DNA of 24,000 nt from Dehalococcoidia bacterium (GCA_963422715.1 OY730475.1:649428-673427); one strand, 5' to 3'. Counted from the first letter of the stretch, positions 1-8,480 are shown. Notes: generated from the letters alone by a model not told the origin. Made by a program: numbers and translations.

Positions 1-546
1 CCCCCTTTCTCTAAATCCGAGGCGCAGGCAGATGCGTCAGGCGGAATACTCTTAATCGCAGAAAGAACTGTGGCGGTCGGTGAAATCTTGGATACTGGGG
101 TGAGGGATGGCGATAAGTGCGTCATGAATCATGGATCACTTGAAGTCGAGGTTGAAGTATCTGTTGATGAGCCCTCGGCTGAGATCAGTTTTCGGTTGAC
201 TGATGATTGCAAGTTAGTCGTTGCTTCCAAGCAAAGGCATGCCTCCGATGCTGCATCGCATACACATCGGTCAATCATTAGCGCCGATGATTCGATTCAA
301 AGGTATGACGCGGAGGAAGCTAAGTCGGAATGGAGTGACGCTTTCGCAATCGATGCCGCCGCTACTTTCGTGAGATTCACTTACGATGAGACAAATAGTG
401 GGTTTTCATTCTATGGGTCGCCGGAAGAGGAGTGCGTCAAGTTTGGTTGGTGGAAAACCGAGCGATGTCGTATGGATAGTCAGTCACAAAGCTCATCCAG
501 CATTGAAGCCACGGCCTATGGAAGATTCAGCATCAAGGCTACTTGA
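1..546 (+). CDS. hypothetical protein, possibly truncated at the window edge
   Basis: The ORF-track frame 70..546 has no stop codon back to base 1, so the GTG at 70 may be internal. The product is acidic/Ser-rich with no motif I recognise. The call rests on ORF length only. Confidence 0.35.
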   Translation, partial: PPFSKSEAQADASGGILLIAERTVAVGEILDTGVRDGDKCVMNHGSLEVEVEVSVDEPSAEISFRLTDDCKLVVASKQRHASDAASHTHRSIISADDSIQRYDAEEAKSEWSDAFAIDAAATFVRFTYDETNSGFSFYGSPEEECVKFGWWKTERCRMDSQSQSSSSIEATAYGRFSIKAT

Positions 547-861
547 GGCTATCGTCATTCTCAGAAGCCGACATTCACCGCTAGACGATCAGGCAGAGGC
601 ACTGCAAAGTGCTGGTCAGATACGAATCGATTGGCAGTCCTCCATTTCACCTGTGATGGCGGCCTGCATAAAGCAGGATAGTGGAGAAAGGAGGCCCGAT
701 GGCTAAAGACGAACTTGAGCGCCGCGCCGATACGCCGTTCTAATAAAACAAAAAATGGCCCGTCAAGGCGCCTGTGTCCATATCACGGTCGTACCCGGCG
801 TGGCGCTCCTATGAAGATGTGATTGCTGTTAGTTTTACGGAGCGTTGCCGCGTATTGAAGT

Positions 862-1497
862 ATGCCCAAGCGTTACGAAATACATCTTTCTTGCCGAGGA
901 GATAATACGAAGATGGTACAAACCGTAAGTCAGATAGGAATAGGTGGCAAGTGGGGCAAATGGATGACGATTGTTGCCGGGGTGGTAAGCGCGGTAGTTT
1001 GGACCACGGTGGTTGTTGCGGATCATGCTGGCAGCGGGGCGGGACTGATCGACAGAGCGTTGATGTTTGAGCTCGCGTTCATCTGGGCGATTATATGGTT
1101 CATCGCAAATGCGATTCGGTTTCTGGAGGGGAAGAGACTAGCCGTTTTATCGCTGTTGCCCGCGGGAGTTGGGTTGGTTCTGTTTGGGATCGCACAGGGA
1201 TTCTTCGTGCAGACTCCAGAAGGCGATTGGTACCGGATGGCATTGGGAATCGCTCCAATCGCGCTGGGTCTTGCAGCTCTTTTGAGTGTGTTGCCGCATC
1301 CAATGCCGATTCAGATATGGCCACTGCACACCGGAAATTCAGAGATGATAACTAGAATCATCATCGATCCGATAGGCCTGACGCGACGAGACCCGCCTGC
1401 GATGGCTAGCCATCGCAGGCGGTGTTGCATTCGTATTGGCGATGCCAGTTTCGCCTACTGTGGTTCCTTTGGCAGTAGCGATAACGTGCGCAGTTAG
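862..1497 (+). CDS. hypothetical multi-pass membrane protein (hydrophobic part ends ~1300; frame appears to break near 1385-1395)
   Basis: Several hydrophobic helix-length segments (IVAGVVSAVVWTTVVVA, LAFIWAIIWFIANAI, LSLLPAGVGLVLFGIAQGFF, ALGIAPIALGLAALLSVL). The last ~60 codons turn Arg/Cys-rich and look non-native. The start is uncertain (ATG 862, 913 or 961). Confidence 0.5.
   Translation: MPKRYEIHLSCRGDNTKMVQTVSQIGIGGKWGKWMTIVAGVVSAVVWTTVVVADHAGSGAGLIDRALMFELAFIWAIIWFIANAIRFLEGKRLAVLSLLPAGVGLVLFGIAQGFFVQTPEGDWYRMALGIAPIALGLAALLSVLPHPMPIQIWPLHTGNSEMITRIIIDPIGLTRRDPPAMASHRRRCCIRIGDASFAYCGSFGSSDNVRS
1393..1422. repeat. 30-bp perfect palindrome ccgcctgcgatgg-ctag-ccatcgcaggcgg
   Basis: Read directly: 13-nt arms plus the self-complementary centre ctag. 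It lies exactly where hydrophobic coding switches from frame 1 to frame 2. Confidence 0.9.
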
Positions 1498-1687
1498 GTA
1501 CGCTGACACTTTTCAAGGGAGCGAGCGAGTGAGAGTGATGGGGCTGAGCTTTGTTGCGACCGTCTTAGCGGCGACTTTCTCAATCGGATTCATTGGTACA
1601 CCTGAGATTTGGATGGCAGCACCGGCGTTCATGTTGTTTCTTTTGTCGATAGCGCTGGCGATGTTCAGAAGCGCAAAGAAAGAATGA
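1436..1687 (+). CDS. small hydrophobic protein, or C-terminal continuation of the 862 gene in another frame
   Basis: The product has two helix-length hydrophobic segments (VVPLAVAITCAV; LSFVATVLAATFSIGFIG ... AAPAFMLFLLSIALAMF). The same frame is already hydrophobic upstream of the TTG start, back to 1382 (RLRWLAIAGGVAFVLA), where no start codon exists. Confidence 0.4.
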   Translation: MAMPVSPTVVPLAVAITCAVRYADTFQGSERVRVMGLSFVATVLAATFSIGFIGTPEIWMAAPAFMLFLLSIALAMFRSAKKE

Positions 1688-2221
1688 CCAGGCAATCTGA
1701 GTGTGCGAAACAAAGTCTCCCCCCCCCGTCCCAGATCACTGGATTTTGCGATTCCTGCCGTGGTAGAGCGAAATGATCTCCGCATAACGCCATAAAGCGC
1801 ATCGCAATCAATACCCTCGGCGCATCGCGGGGACATGAATGCTATCGCTTGCATCTCCTTCGGGCCAGAATCGCAGGTCTCAAAGAATCGGCAGTCAACG
1901 ACGATCGATGCAACCATATCAGAGTTTCATAGACCCATCAATCAGCCATCAATCCAGAGTCGGAACAGTTCTCTTTCATGGCGATCGCACCCATGTCTCC
2001 ATGCCGTTCTCATGGCAGCCCATGTTTTCTCAGCATTCAACGCTGATGGTTTCAGAAAGCGGAACGAATTAACACAACTATCGGTTTACGGCAGCGCAAT
2101 ATGAAATCACCTTGCGGCTCTGCTAAATTACTCTTAACAGCGTCATACCCTCCGAGAAAGAATCCACAACTAAGGAAACTATCTGCGACTCGCAAAGAGA
2201 TTGAAAACAGGAGCCACATCA

Positions 2222-2476
2222 ATGTGTAGAAGCATCAAGACTCTGCGGCAACACAACGGCTTAGCCACGGATGACGAAATCCGTGCCGCGGCTCTTCAGT
2301 TCGTGCGCAAAGTGAGCGGCTATCGCCAACCTTCTCAGGCGAACACAGAGGCCTTCTACAACGCGGTAGACGACATCGCTACCGCCACTCGTCATATGCT
2401 GATCACACTCAAGACGCGGCGAATGGCTTATGCCACGCAGAACAAGACTATCCATCCCGAAAAGAACAATGTTTGA
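2222..2476 (+). CDS. DUF2277 family protein
   Basis: From ATG 2222 the product begins MCRSIKTLR...DDEIRAAALQFVRKVSGYRQPSQAN, matching my memory of the DUF2277 N-terminus. GGAG at 2210-2213 lies 8 nt upstream of ATG 2222. The track start at 2201 is a TTG. Confidence 0.7.
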   Translation: MCRSIKTLRQHNGLATDDEIRAAALQFVRKVSGYRQPSQANTEAFYNAVDDIATATRHMLITLKTRRMAYATQNKTIHPEKNNV

Positions 2477-2554
2477 TGCTGAATATCAGTTCGTGCCAAC
2501 GGCTCATCTCTGCATCCATTTACAAGCACCCAAATAGAAAGAAGCTCTGACAAC

Positions 2555-3268
2555 ATGCCCCTCAAACCCGTAGCATCGGAAATCCTGCAAGGACTAAAGG
2601 CTTACGACTCCGCCACGGTTCAGAATGCTGCCATCTTGTTACGAGGATATATACCAGAGCATCTCGACTACTCGGGGCCGGAACTGTTGCCGTATCTGCA
2701 CGATCTCGAAGGCTCCGGCAAGCCGACTGTAGGCTACGCGCTCACATCCACTTGGACGCCGTTAAGTGAGCCCGCGTCGGAGCAAGAGCTGGGCAATCGC
2801 ATGGAATATATGGACTCGATCGCGAAGGCTGACGCGCCGGTGATAGTGGTTCAGCAAGATGTGGATATCCCGCCGCGGCGCGGCGCGATAATCGGCGACG
2901 GTATGGCATTCATGATGCGCGCGCTGGGAGCCGTAGGCGCAGTGGTGGACGGCAATGCACGTGACTTGTCCGGGATCGAGAACGCAGGATTATCGCTCTG
3001 GGCCACGGGACGCGTGCCCGGACATGGTCCGTTCAACATGATCGAGCACGATCTCCCCGTCACCGTCGCTGGGTTGCAGATTCATCCCGGCGACATCTTG
3101 GTGTGCGATGGCGATGGTGTTACACGAGTCCCTATCGACATCGCGGAAGACGTTCTTATGAAGTGCGCCGAGGTACGAGCCAAAGAGGGCGAGTCGCATC
3201 GCTACTTCAGCAATCCTGAATTCACTCTCACCGACTGGGAATCCTATAAGGCGCGAATGACACAGTAA
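2555..3268 (+). CDS. RraA-like / HMG-aldolase-family protein
   Basis: Carries the family signature GDGMAFMMRALGAVGAVVDGNARD and PGDILVCDGDGV. The length of 237 aa is typical. Confidence 0.8.
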   Translation: MPLKPVASEILQGLKAYDSATVQNAAILLRGYIPEHLDYSGPELLPYLHDLEGSGKPTVGYALTSTWTPLSEPASEQELGNRMEYMDSIAKADAPVIVVQQDVDIPPRRGAIIGDGMAFMMRALGAVGAVVDGNARDLSGIENAGLSLWATGRVPGHGPFNMIEHDLPVTVAGLQIHPGDILVCDGDGVTRVPIDIAEDVLMKCAEVRAKEGESHRYFSNPEFTLTDWESYKARMTQ

Positions 3269-3335
3269 AAGTTAAAGGATTTCATGTCGCTCTACAACCT
3301 CTGGACTGAGAGTCATAGAGAAGGATTGTCTACGG

Positions 3336-4220
3336 CTACTTGAAATAGTCTTGCAAACATTTGGCTTCAGCTATGGATCTAAGACGTTGCAATCCTTCTA
3401 CTTCAATCTGACGCACACGTTCTCGTGTAATCCCGAATTTATCACCCAACTGTTGCAGAGTGAGAGATCTGTCGCAAGCGATGCCGTAACGCATACGAAT
3501 GATAGCGGCATTTCTTGAATGATCCAAATCGTTTATCAGTCGTATTATCTCTGACATCAAAGCTCTTGAAGACACTATTTCATCAACCGAATCGGCTAAT
3601 GGATCGCATAGCGTCTCTGATATAGGGCGTTCAACTTTGCATTCTAATGATTCGATGCTAACGAATTCGGTTTGACGCCAATTCAGATATTGTTGCGTCT
3701 CCTCAATGCCCAGCCCAGCGATAGTAGCGATTTCATGGATTGTCAACGGTGGGCTATCAGCTGAATCTCGCTCTCTGAAACCCCGATCTATCTTGTGCAC
3801 AATCTGCATAATGTTTTGTGGCAATCTGATGAGTCTGTGTTCGTAATTCAAGGATCTGCGCATTGTCTCGTAAATCCAAAGTATCGCGACATGTCGCAAC
3901 CACTTGCCCCGCCGTGGCTTGTAGCCATCGATGCAGTTGATCAATCCGATATTGCCCGCTTGCACCAGATCACCAATGGGGGCTGGCCAATGCTTCCGCT
4001 TCTTGGCTTCTCGCAACACTAGCCACAAGTGCGATTCGATCAATCGAGCTCGTGCGGTCATGTCGCCGGCTATGTGGAGCTCTACCTGTTCAATCTCTTC
4101 TAAGCGGTTTAGCTTTGGAATACGCTGAACTTCGTCTTCATAAAGTTGCAAGCCAAAAGATTCGAGATTCGGTGTCGATTCGCCTGATTCGGCATCATGA
4201 AGTGAAAAATCTACCCCCAT
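3336..4220 (-). CDS. RNA polymerase sigma-70 family factor (divergent region 2)
   Basis: Region 2-like DLVQAGNIGLINCIDGYKPRRG. Region 4.2 HTH LTLQQLGDKFGITRERVRQIEVEGLQRLR. Region 3-like LTIHEIATIAGLGIEE. The track start is TTG 4229; the first ATG is at 4220. Confidence 0.85.
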   Translation of the reverse strand: MGVDFSLHDAESGESTPNLESFGLQLYEDEVQRIPKLNRLEEIEQVELHIAGDMTARARLIESHLWLVLREAKKRKHWPAPIGDLVQAGNIGLINCIDGYKPRRGKWLRHVAILWIYETMRRSLNYEHRLIRLPQNIMQIVHKIDRGFRERDSADSPPLTIHEIATIAGLGIEETQQYLNWRQTEFVSIESLECKVERPISETLCDPLADSVDEIVSSRALMSEIIRLINDLDHSRNAAIIRMRYGIACDRSLTLQQLGDKFGITRERVRQIEVEGLQRLRSIAEAKCLQDYFK

Positions 4221-4240
4221 ACCGACCAATTCTCAGCTGT

Positions 4241-7018
4241 CTATTGGGATTGCTCCACAGCCTGTACTAGTGCTTCATACATGCCGTCGCTTCTATCAGT
4301 GGGATTGAATTGAATATCGAACGCGCCGCTGGCATCAGCTACGTCGGAAGCGACCGGTTTCAGCAACTCCAATGCCCCTGCCGAAGCGGTGAATTCCAGT
4401 GCCGCCAGCGGCGCGCCGAGACGTATCTGCGCGTCATGCTTAGCCTTTCTTACCGCCGCGATGGCGCGACAGGCGACTCTGAATGATGATTCGCTAGCCG
4501 GCGGTTCTACCACGCTCAGTTCGTATCTGGAAAGCATCTCGCCTGATTTCGCCGGCACCGACTGGCTCAGCGATCGCGCCGTGGAATCGGTAAGCGGCCA
4601 AGGCGCTTGGTGCACAGAAGCGAACCCCGTCTCCGCGGCGAACGACCACGACCACACTTCGTCCGTGATAGTGGGCACGAACGGCGCGAAAAGACGCAGT
4701 AATACGTTAAGCCCTAGACGGAGAGTCGCTACTGCTGATGCTCGGCCTGCGTAATCTTCTTCGCTCCGGGCGCGTCGTTTTACGAGTTCGATGTAGTTAT
4801 CGGCAAACGATTCCCAGAAGAAGCCTTCTATGATCTGCAGAGCGTGTGCGAACTCAAAGTTTTCAAAATAATCGGTAGCTCTGTCTACAACGTCACTGAG
4901 CTCGGCTACAAAGGCTCGGTCGAGTTCATTGATGATGGCTCCAGGCTCGGCTTCTTGCATGAGGACGAACTTACCGGCGTTGTATAGCTTAGTAACAAGC
5001 TTGGAGCCAATGGTGAAAATCGATTCGTCGTACGCCATATCCATGCCGAGCCGCCCATTGGCAGCCCAGTAGCGCACAGCATCGGCGCCGTATCGCTCCA
5101 CCAGCGGCATCGGCGTTACGGCAACGCCGCGCGACTTGCTCATCTTCTTGCGATCGGGATCCAAGATAAAACCTGAGATCATGGCATTATGCCACGGCAC
5201 AGCATCGTGGTGCAATACGGATTTGACTATCGTGTAAAAGGCCCAGGTTCTAATGATCTCATGAGCCTGTGGACGAAGGTCCATAGGGAATAGCTGCTCC
5301 ATACGGTCATCATCTTCACCCCAGCGAGCGACTATCTGAGGCGTCATCGAAGATGTGAACCACGTGTCGAATACATCTTGCTCGCCGACAAATCCGCCGG
5401 GAAGACCGCGTTGCTCCTCACCATAGCCGGGCGGCGGCGTGAGCGTCGGATCCACCGGCAGCATCTCTTCAGTAGCGACTAGATAGGAATTATGATCGAT
5501 CGCGCCGTCTTCATCGAGCGGATACCATATGGGTATCGGCACCCCGAAGTATCGTTGCCGGCTGATAGCCCAGTCGTGAGACAGTCCATCCGTCCAGTTA
5601 GCGTATCTCTTGAACATGAAATCGGGGCGCCATTCAATCTCAGCGCCCTTCTGCAATAGAAGCGGCTTCTTATCCATGAGACGCACGAACCACTGGCGCG
5701 ACGGGATGTACTCAATCGGCGTATTGCCCTTCTCGTAGTAACGGACAACGTGTTCAATCGGTTTCGGCTCTGACTGCAGTGGCGCGGACACGCTTCCGGA
5801 ATCATTCAGAGCCAGAGCTGAATTGGCGGGCTGGCGCATCATCTCCACTATCGACTGTCGCACCGATTTGAGCCGTTGCCCCGCCAAGCAGTCGTAGTTG
5901 GATTGAGCCTGTTCGGGATTCAAGCTGCTCCAACCCTCCGTGTCGGCATGATACTCGACGAAATTTCGCGCGGTGGCGCGGCCGTCACGGCCGACCATCG
6001 GGCGCAGGTCGAGACCGTGTTCACGCCACCACTCCACATCATTCTCATCCCCGAAAGTGCATAGCATCAGAATGCCAGTGCCCTTCTCGGGATCGGCTTT
6101 CTCACTCGGGAATATCGGCACTTTGGCAAAGAAACCCGGCGTTACTGCATATTTACCGAAGAGAGATTTATAGCGGTCGTCGTCCGGATGAGCGGTGACT
6201 CCGACGCATGCCGGGATGAGTTCGGGCCGGGTAGTGGAAATGACGAAAGATTGCGGCATGCCCGCTTCACCCTTTATGGCTTCGTACACTCCAAACTCAA
6301 TGTCATGATAAGCTCCCGGCGTGAGACGATCTTCCACTTCGGCTTGAGCCACCGCGGTTTGGAAATCTACGTCCCACATAGTGGGCAGCTCAGATGTATA
6401 GACGTGGCCTTTAGTCTCAAGGTCTAGAAAAGAGCGTTGGGAGATGCGCCGGCAACGATCGTCGATAGTGGCGTATTCTTCGTCCCAATCGATGGAAAAG
6501 CCGAGCCGGTAGAAAAGTTCCTTGTAAGCCTTTTCGTCTTCCGCCGTAACGATATGGCAGAGTTCGATGAAGTTTTCACGAGATACGATCAGAGTCTGAT
6601 TCTTGGACAGCCCGGCAGCTTTGCGCTGTTGGTCGACGTTCAACTCTGGAATATAGGGAACATTGGGTTCCGCGCGCACGTTGAAGTAGTTCTGCACTCG
6701 TCTCTCAGTAGGCAGTCCGTTGTCATCCCAGCCCATGGGATATACGACGTTCCATCCCTTCATGCGGCGGTAGCGCGCGATGAGGTCTTGGTGAGTGTAT
6801 GAGAATACATGCCCTGGGTGCAGTGATCCGCTCGCGGTCGGCGGCGGTGAATCGATGACGAAGTTGCACGACCTTTCGGCGCTGTGATCGTGTCGTGCAA
6901 TACCTAGATCGTCCCAGATGCGTCGCCAGTGAGATTCGCGCTCCTTGATGTTGAACCGTCTGGGAAGCATCTTCGGATCGATGGGCTTCACTTCGGCTTT
7001 TGCAGATGTCATGCTCAA
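4241..7018 (-). CDS. valS: valine--tRNA ligase (archaeal/actinobacterial-type ValRS)
   Basis: Class I aaRS motifs: HIGH-type SLHPGHVFSYTHQD and KMSKS. The segment PPPTASGSLHPGHVFSYTHQDLIARYRRMKGWNVVYPMGWDDNGLPTERRVQNYF matches the ValRS subtype as I remember it. AGGAG lies 7 nt upstream of TTG 7018. A T-box leader lies upstream. Confidence 0.93.
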   Translation of the reverse strand: MSMTSAKAEVKPIDPKMLPRRFNIKERESHWRRIWDDLGIARHDHSAERSCNFVIDSPPPTASGSLHPGHVFSYTHQDLIARYRRMKGWNVVYPMGWDDNGLPTERRVQNYFNVRAEPNVPYIPELNVDQQRKAAGLSKNQTLIVSRENFIELCHIVTAEDEKAYKELFYRLGFSIDWDEEYATIDDRCRRISQRSFLDLETKGHVYTSELPTMWDVDFQTAVAQAEVEDRLTPGAYHDIEFGVYEAIKGEAGMPQSFVISTTRPELIPACVGVTAHPDDDRYKSLFGKYAVTPGFFAKVPIFPSEKADPEKGTGILMLCTFGDENDVEWWREHGLDLRPMVGRDGRATARNFVEYHADTEGWSSLNPEQAQSNYDCLAGQRLKSVRQSIVEMMRQPANSALALNDSGSVSAPLQSEPKPIEHVVRYYEKGNTPIEYIPSRQWFVRLMDKKPLLLQKGAEIEWRPDFMFKRYANWTDGLSHDWAISRQRYFGVPIPIWYPLDEDGAIDHNSYLVATEEMLPVDPTLTPPPGYGEEQRGLPGGFVGEQDVFDTWFTSSMTPQIVARWGEDDDRMEQLFPMDLRPQAHEIIRTWAFYTIVKSVLHHDAVPWHNAMISGFILDPDRKKMSKSRGVAVTPMPLVERYGADAVRYWAANGRLGMDMAYDESIFTIGSKLVTKLYNAGKFVLMQEAEPGAIINELDRAFVAELSDVVDRATDYFENFEFAHALQIIEGFFWESFADNYIELVKRRARSEEDYAGRASAVATLRLGLNVLLRLFAPFVPTITDEVWSWSFAAETGFASVHQAPWPLTDSTARSLSQSVPAKSGEMLSRYELSVVEPPASESSFRVACRAIAAVRKAKHDAQIRLGAPLAALEFTASAGALELLKPVASDVADASGAFDIQFNPTDRSDGMYEALVQAVEQSQ

Positions 7019-7074
7019 GTTTTATCTCCTGTCTCAGCAGTAAGAAAGATGCGGGCTGTTAGTTCTCTCCAGAA

Positions 7075-7108
7075 CGAAAAAACCCCGTCCTAACCAAAGG
7101 ACGGGGCT
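7075..7108 (-). terminator. intrinsic terminator of the T-box leader
   Basis: Minus-strand GCCCCGUCC-uuugguua-GGACGGGG(U) hairpin (7083..7107) followed by U6 (7077..7082). It lies about 60 nt upstream of the valS start. Confidence 0.8.
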
Positions 7109-7370
7109 AGGATTAGGCTTGCCTCGCGGTACCACCTTCGTTGCCGCTCGAACACAATCGAATCGGCCTCTCGATTGACGCTAGTAACGGGCGTTAACCG
7201 TCTCCACTTAATTTACGCGCGGCGCATGGATTCGATACCAATACACCACACCGCGTCTTTCAGCGGAACCGCTCCAGGGCGACTTCACGATGAATGCGTC
7301 ACCGGCTTTACAGCTACGACCGGCTCTCTCAAGACGCAAAACAACCGCTACTGCTCCTCTTCACAGCGTT
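7075..7370 (-). promoter_or_regulatory. T-box riboswitch leader (tRNA-sensing), upstream of valS
   Basis: Minus-strand GGUGGUACCGCGAG (7123..7136) is an exact match to the T-box core. An F-box-like CCGUUA lies at 7185..7190. Upstream elements are GUGA, AGCAGUA and GAGAGAG (7324..7364). A terminator hairpin plus U-tract follows immediately downstream. GAA-GUC-G at 7280..7286 is a candidate Val specifier. Confidence 0.88.
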
Positions 7371-7390
7371 GAAACATATTTATATGGAAC

Positions 7391-7418
7391 ATACTAACTT
7401 AATGCGATGCAACTGTAA
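7391..7418 (-). promoter_or_regulatory. candidate sigma-70-type promoter for the T-box/valS transcript
   Basis: Minus-strand TTACAG (7413..7418), a 16-nt spacer, then TAGTAT (7391..7396), about 25 nt upstream of the first leader elements. This is a pattern match only. Confidence 0.3.
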
Positions 7419-7571
7419 CCGCGTTGAAAATCGAAAAGATAGACTGAAGCATCGCTGTCTCTTGGGTTATTCACGAGTAGATCGGACCGAGGCATGGATT
7501 CCCTCCGCGTGAGTGTGACGGAAGTGGAAGCCCATTATGGATAACAGAGACCATGGACGCCCATGCGACAC

Positions 7572-8480
7572 TCAATCGAAACTATGTCCCGGCTCGATAC
7601 CGCTTTCGCAAGGATTTATTTTCGGCCCCTTTCCGACTCGGACTCTCTGCACTTTCAGGCTGCCATTCTTAATTGCCATCACAAGCCCCGATTCTTTGAC
7701 GGTAAGAATCTGACCCGGCAAGGCATGAGTAGATGAACGCGACGCGACGCGGCTTCCGTATAGCCTGATCTTCTCCCCGTTCCATTCGCACCATGCGCCG
7801 GGCTGTGGATCGCAACCGCGTATCAGGTCATGCAACTGCTGAATATCCATACTCCAGTCGATGCGAGACTCGGTTTCACCGCACCAGCTCTCGTAAGTGG
7901 CCAACGATTCATCCTGCTCTATGCTCGGAGCATTTCCCGTTGCCACCAGTTCTACTGCCTCAGCGATCGCGTCTACGCCCATGGGAAACAAACGATTGAA
8001 GTAAATAGAGCCCACGGTGTCATCGGGAAGTATCTCTACCCTTTTCTGCAGCAACACGGGACCGGTATCCAGGCCACGGTCGGGCCAGAAAATGGTGAGT
8101 CCAGTTTCGGAATCTCCGTTTATGATGGCCCAGTTTATAGAGCTCGGCCCTCGGTGACGCGGCAACAAAGATGGATGATACTGAATAGTTCCGAGAGTCG
8201 GCGCATCAATGATTTGCATCGGCACTATATCGGTTACATAAGCCATGACCGTAAGATCGGCATCAATCGATGTGAAAGTGTCGATACATGCCTTATCCCT
8301 CAGGCGCTTGAACTGCCATCGCGGCGACTGTCGGGCTCGGGCTGCTTCGGTCAATGGTTCCGCGCCGCGCTGAGTGTCCGGCGGGGCGAATACGCCAACT
8401 ATTCGGTGCTTTCCACTTGCCGCCAGCGCATCAAGCACAGCTGCCCCAAATGCCGATTGACCTATGATGGCGAGTTTCAT
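7572..8480 (-). CDS. formyltransferase family protein (Fmt / 10-formyl-THF dehydrogenase N-domain-like)
   Basis: From ATG 8480: MKLAIIGQSAFG...HPSLLPRHRGPSSINWAIINGDSETGLTIFWPDRGLDTGPVLLQK...LPDDTV...GNAP...ATYE. This is the formyltransferase catalytic core (His and Asp motifs) plus the C-terminal Fmt-like domain. The track start at 8546 adds 22 atypical residues. Confidence 0.85.
   Translation of the reverse strand: MKLAIIGQSAFGAAVLDALAASGKHRIVGVFAPPDTQRGAEPLTEAARARQSPRWQFKRLRDKACIDTFTSIDADLTVMAYVTDIVPMQIIDAPTLGTIQYHPSLLPRHRGPSSINWAIINGDSETGLTIFWPDRGLDTGPVLLQKRVEILPDDTVGSIYFNRLFPMGVDAIAEAVELVATGNAPSIEQDESLATYESWCGETESRIDWSMDIQQLHDLIRGCDPQPGAWCEWNGEKIRLYGSRVASRSSTHALPGQILTVKESGLVMAIKNGSLKVQRVRVGKGPKINPCESGIEPGHSFD

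Noticed and set aside
386-706. 106-aa ORF overlapping the 3' part of the first ORF in another frame
   Set aside because: It is an alternate-frame overlap with Arg/Ser-rich composition and has no support beyond its length.
1513-1917. 134-aa minus-strand ORF
   Set aside because: It overlaps the hydrophobic plus-strand ORF, has no motif and has odd composition. I kept the region only as an unexplained gap in the findings.
4389-6802. Plus-strand ORFs of 60-121 aa inside valS (4389..4754, 5876..6427, 6437..6802) and the minus-strand alternate-frame ORF 5479..5805
   Set aside because: They overlap the ValRS reading frame, which carries the HIGH and KMSKS motifs. They have low-complexity Arg/Ser/Ala composition and no independent support.
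7175-7512. Plus-strand ORFs 7175..7372 and 7294..7512
   Set aside because: They lie antisense to the T-box leader and its promoter region. The RNA element explains the sequence better than these short ORFs do.
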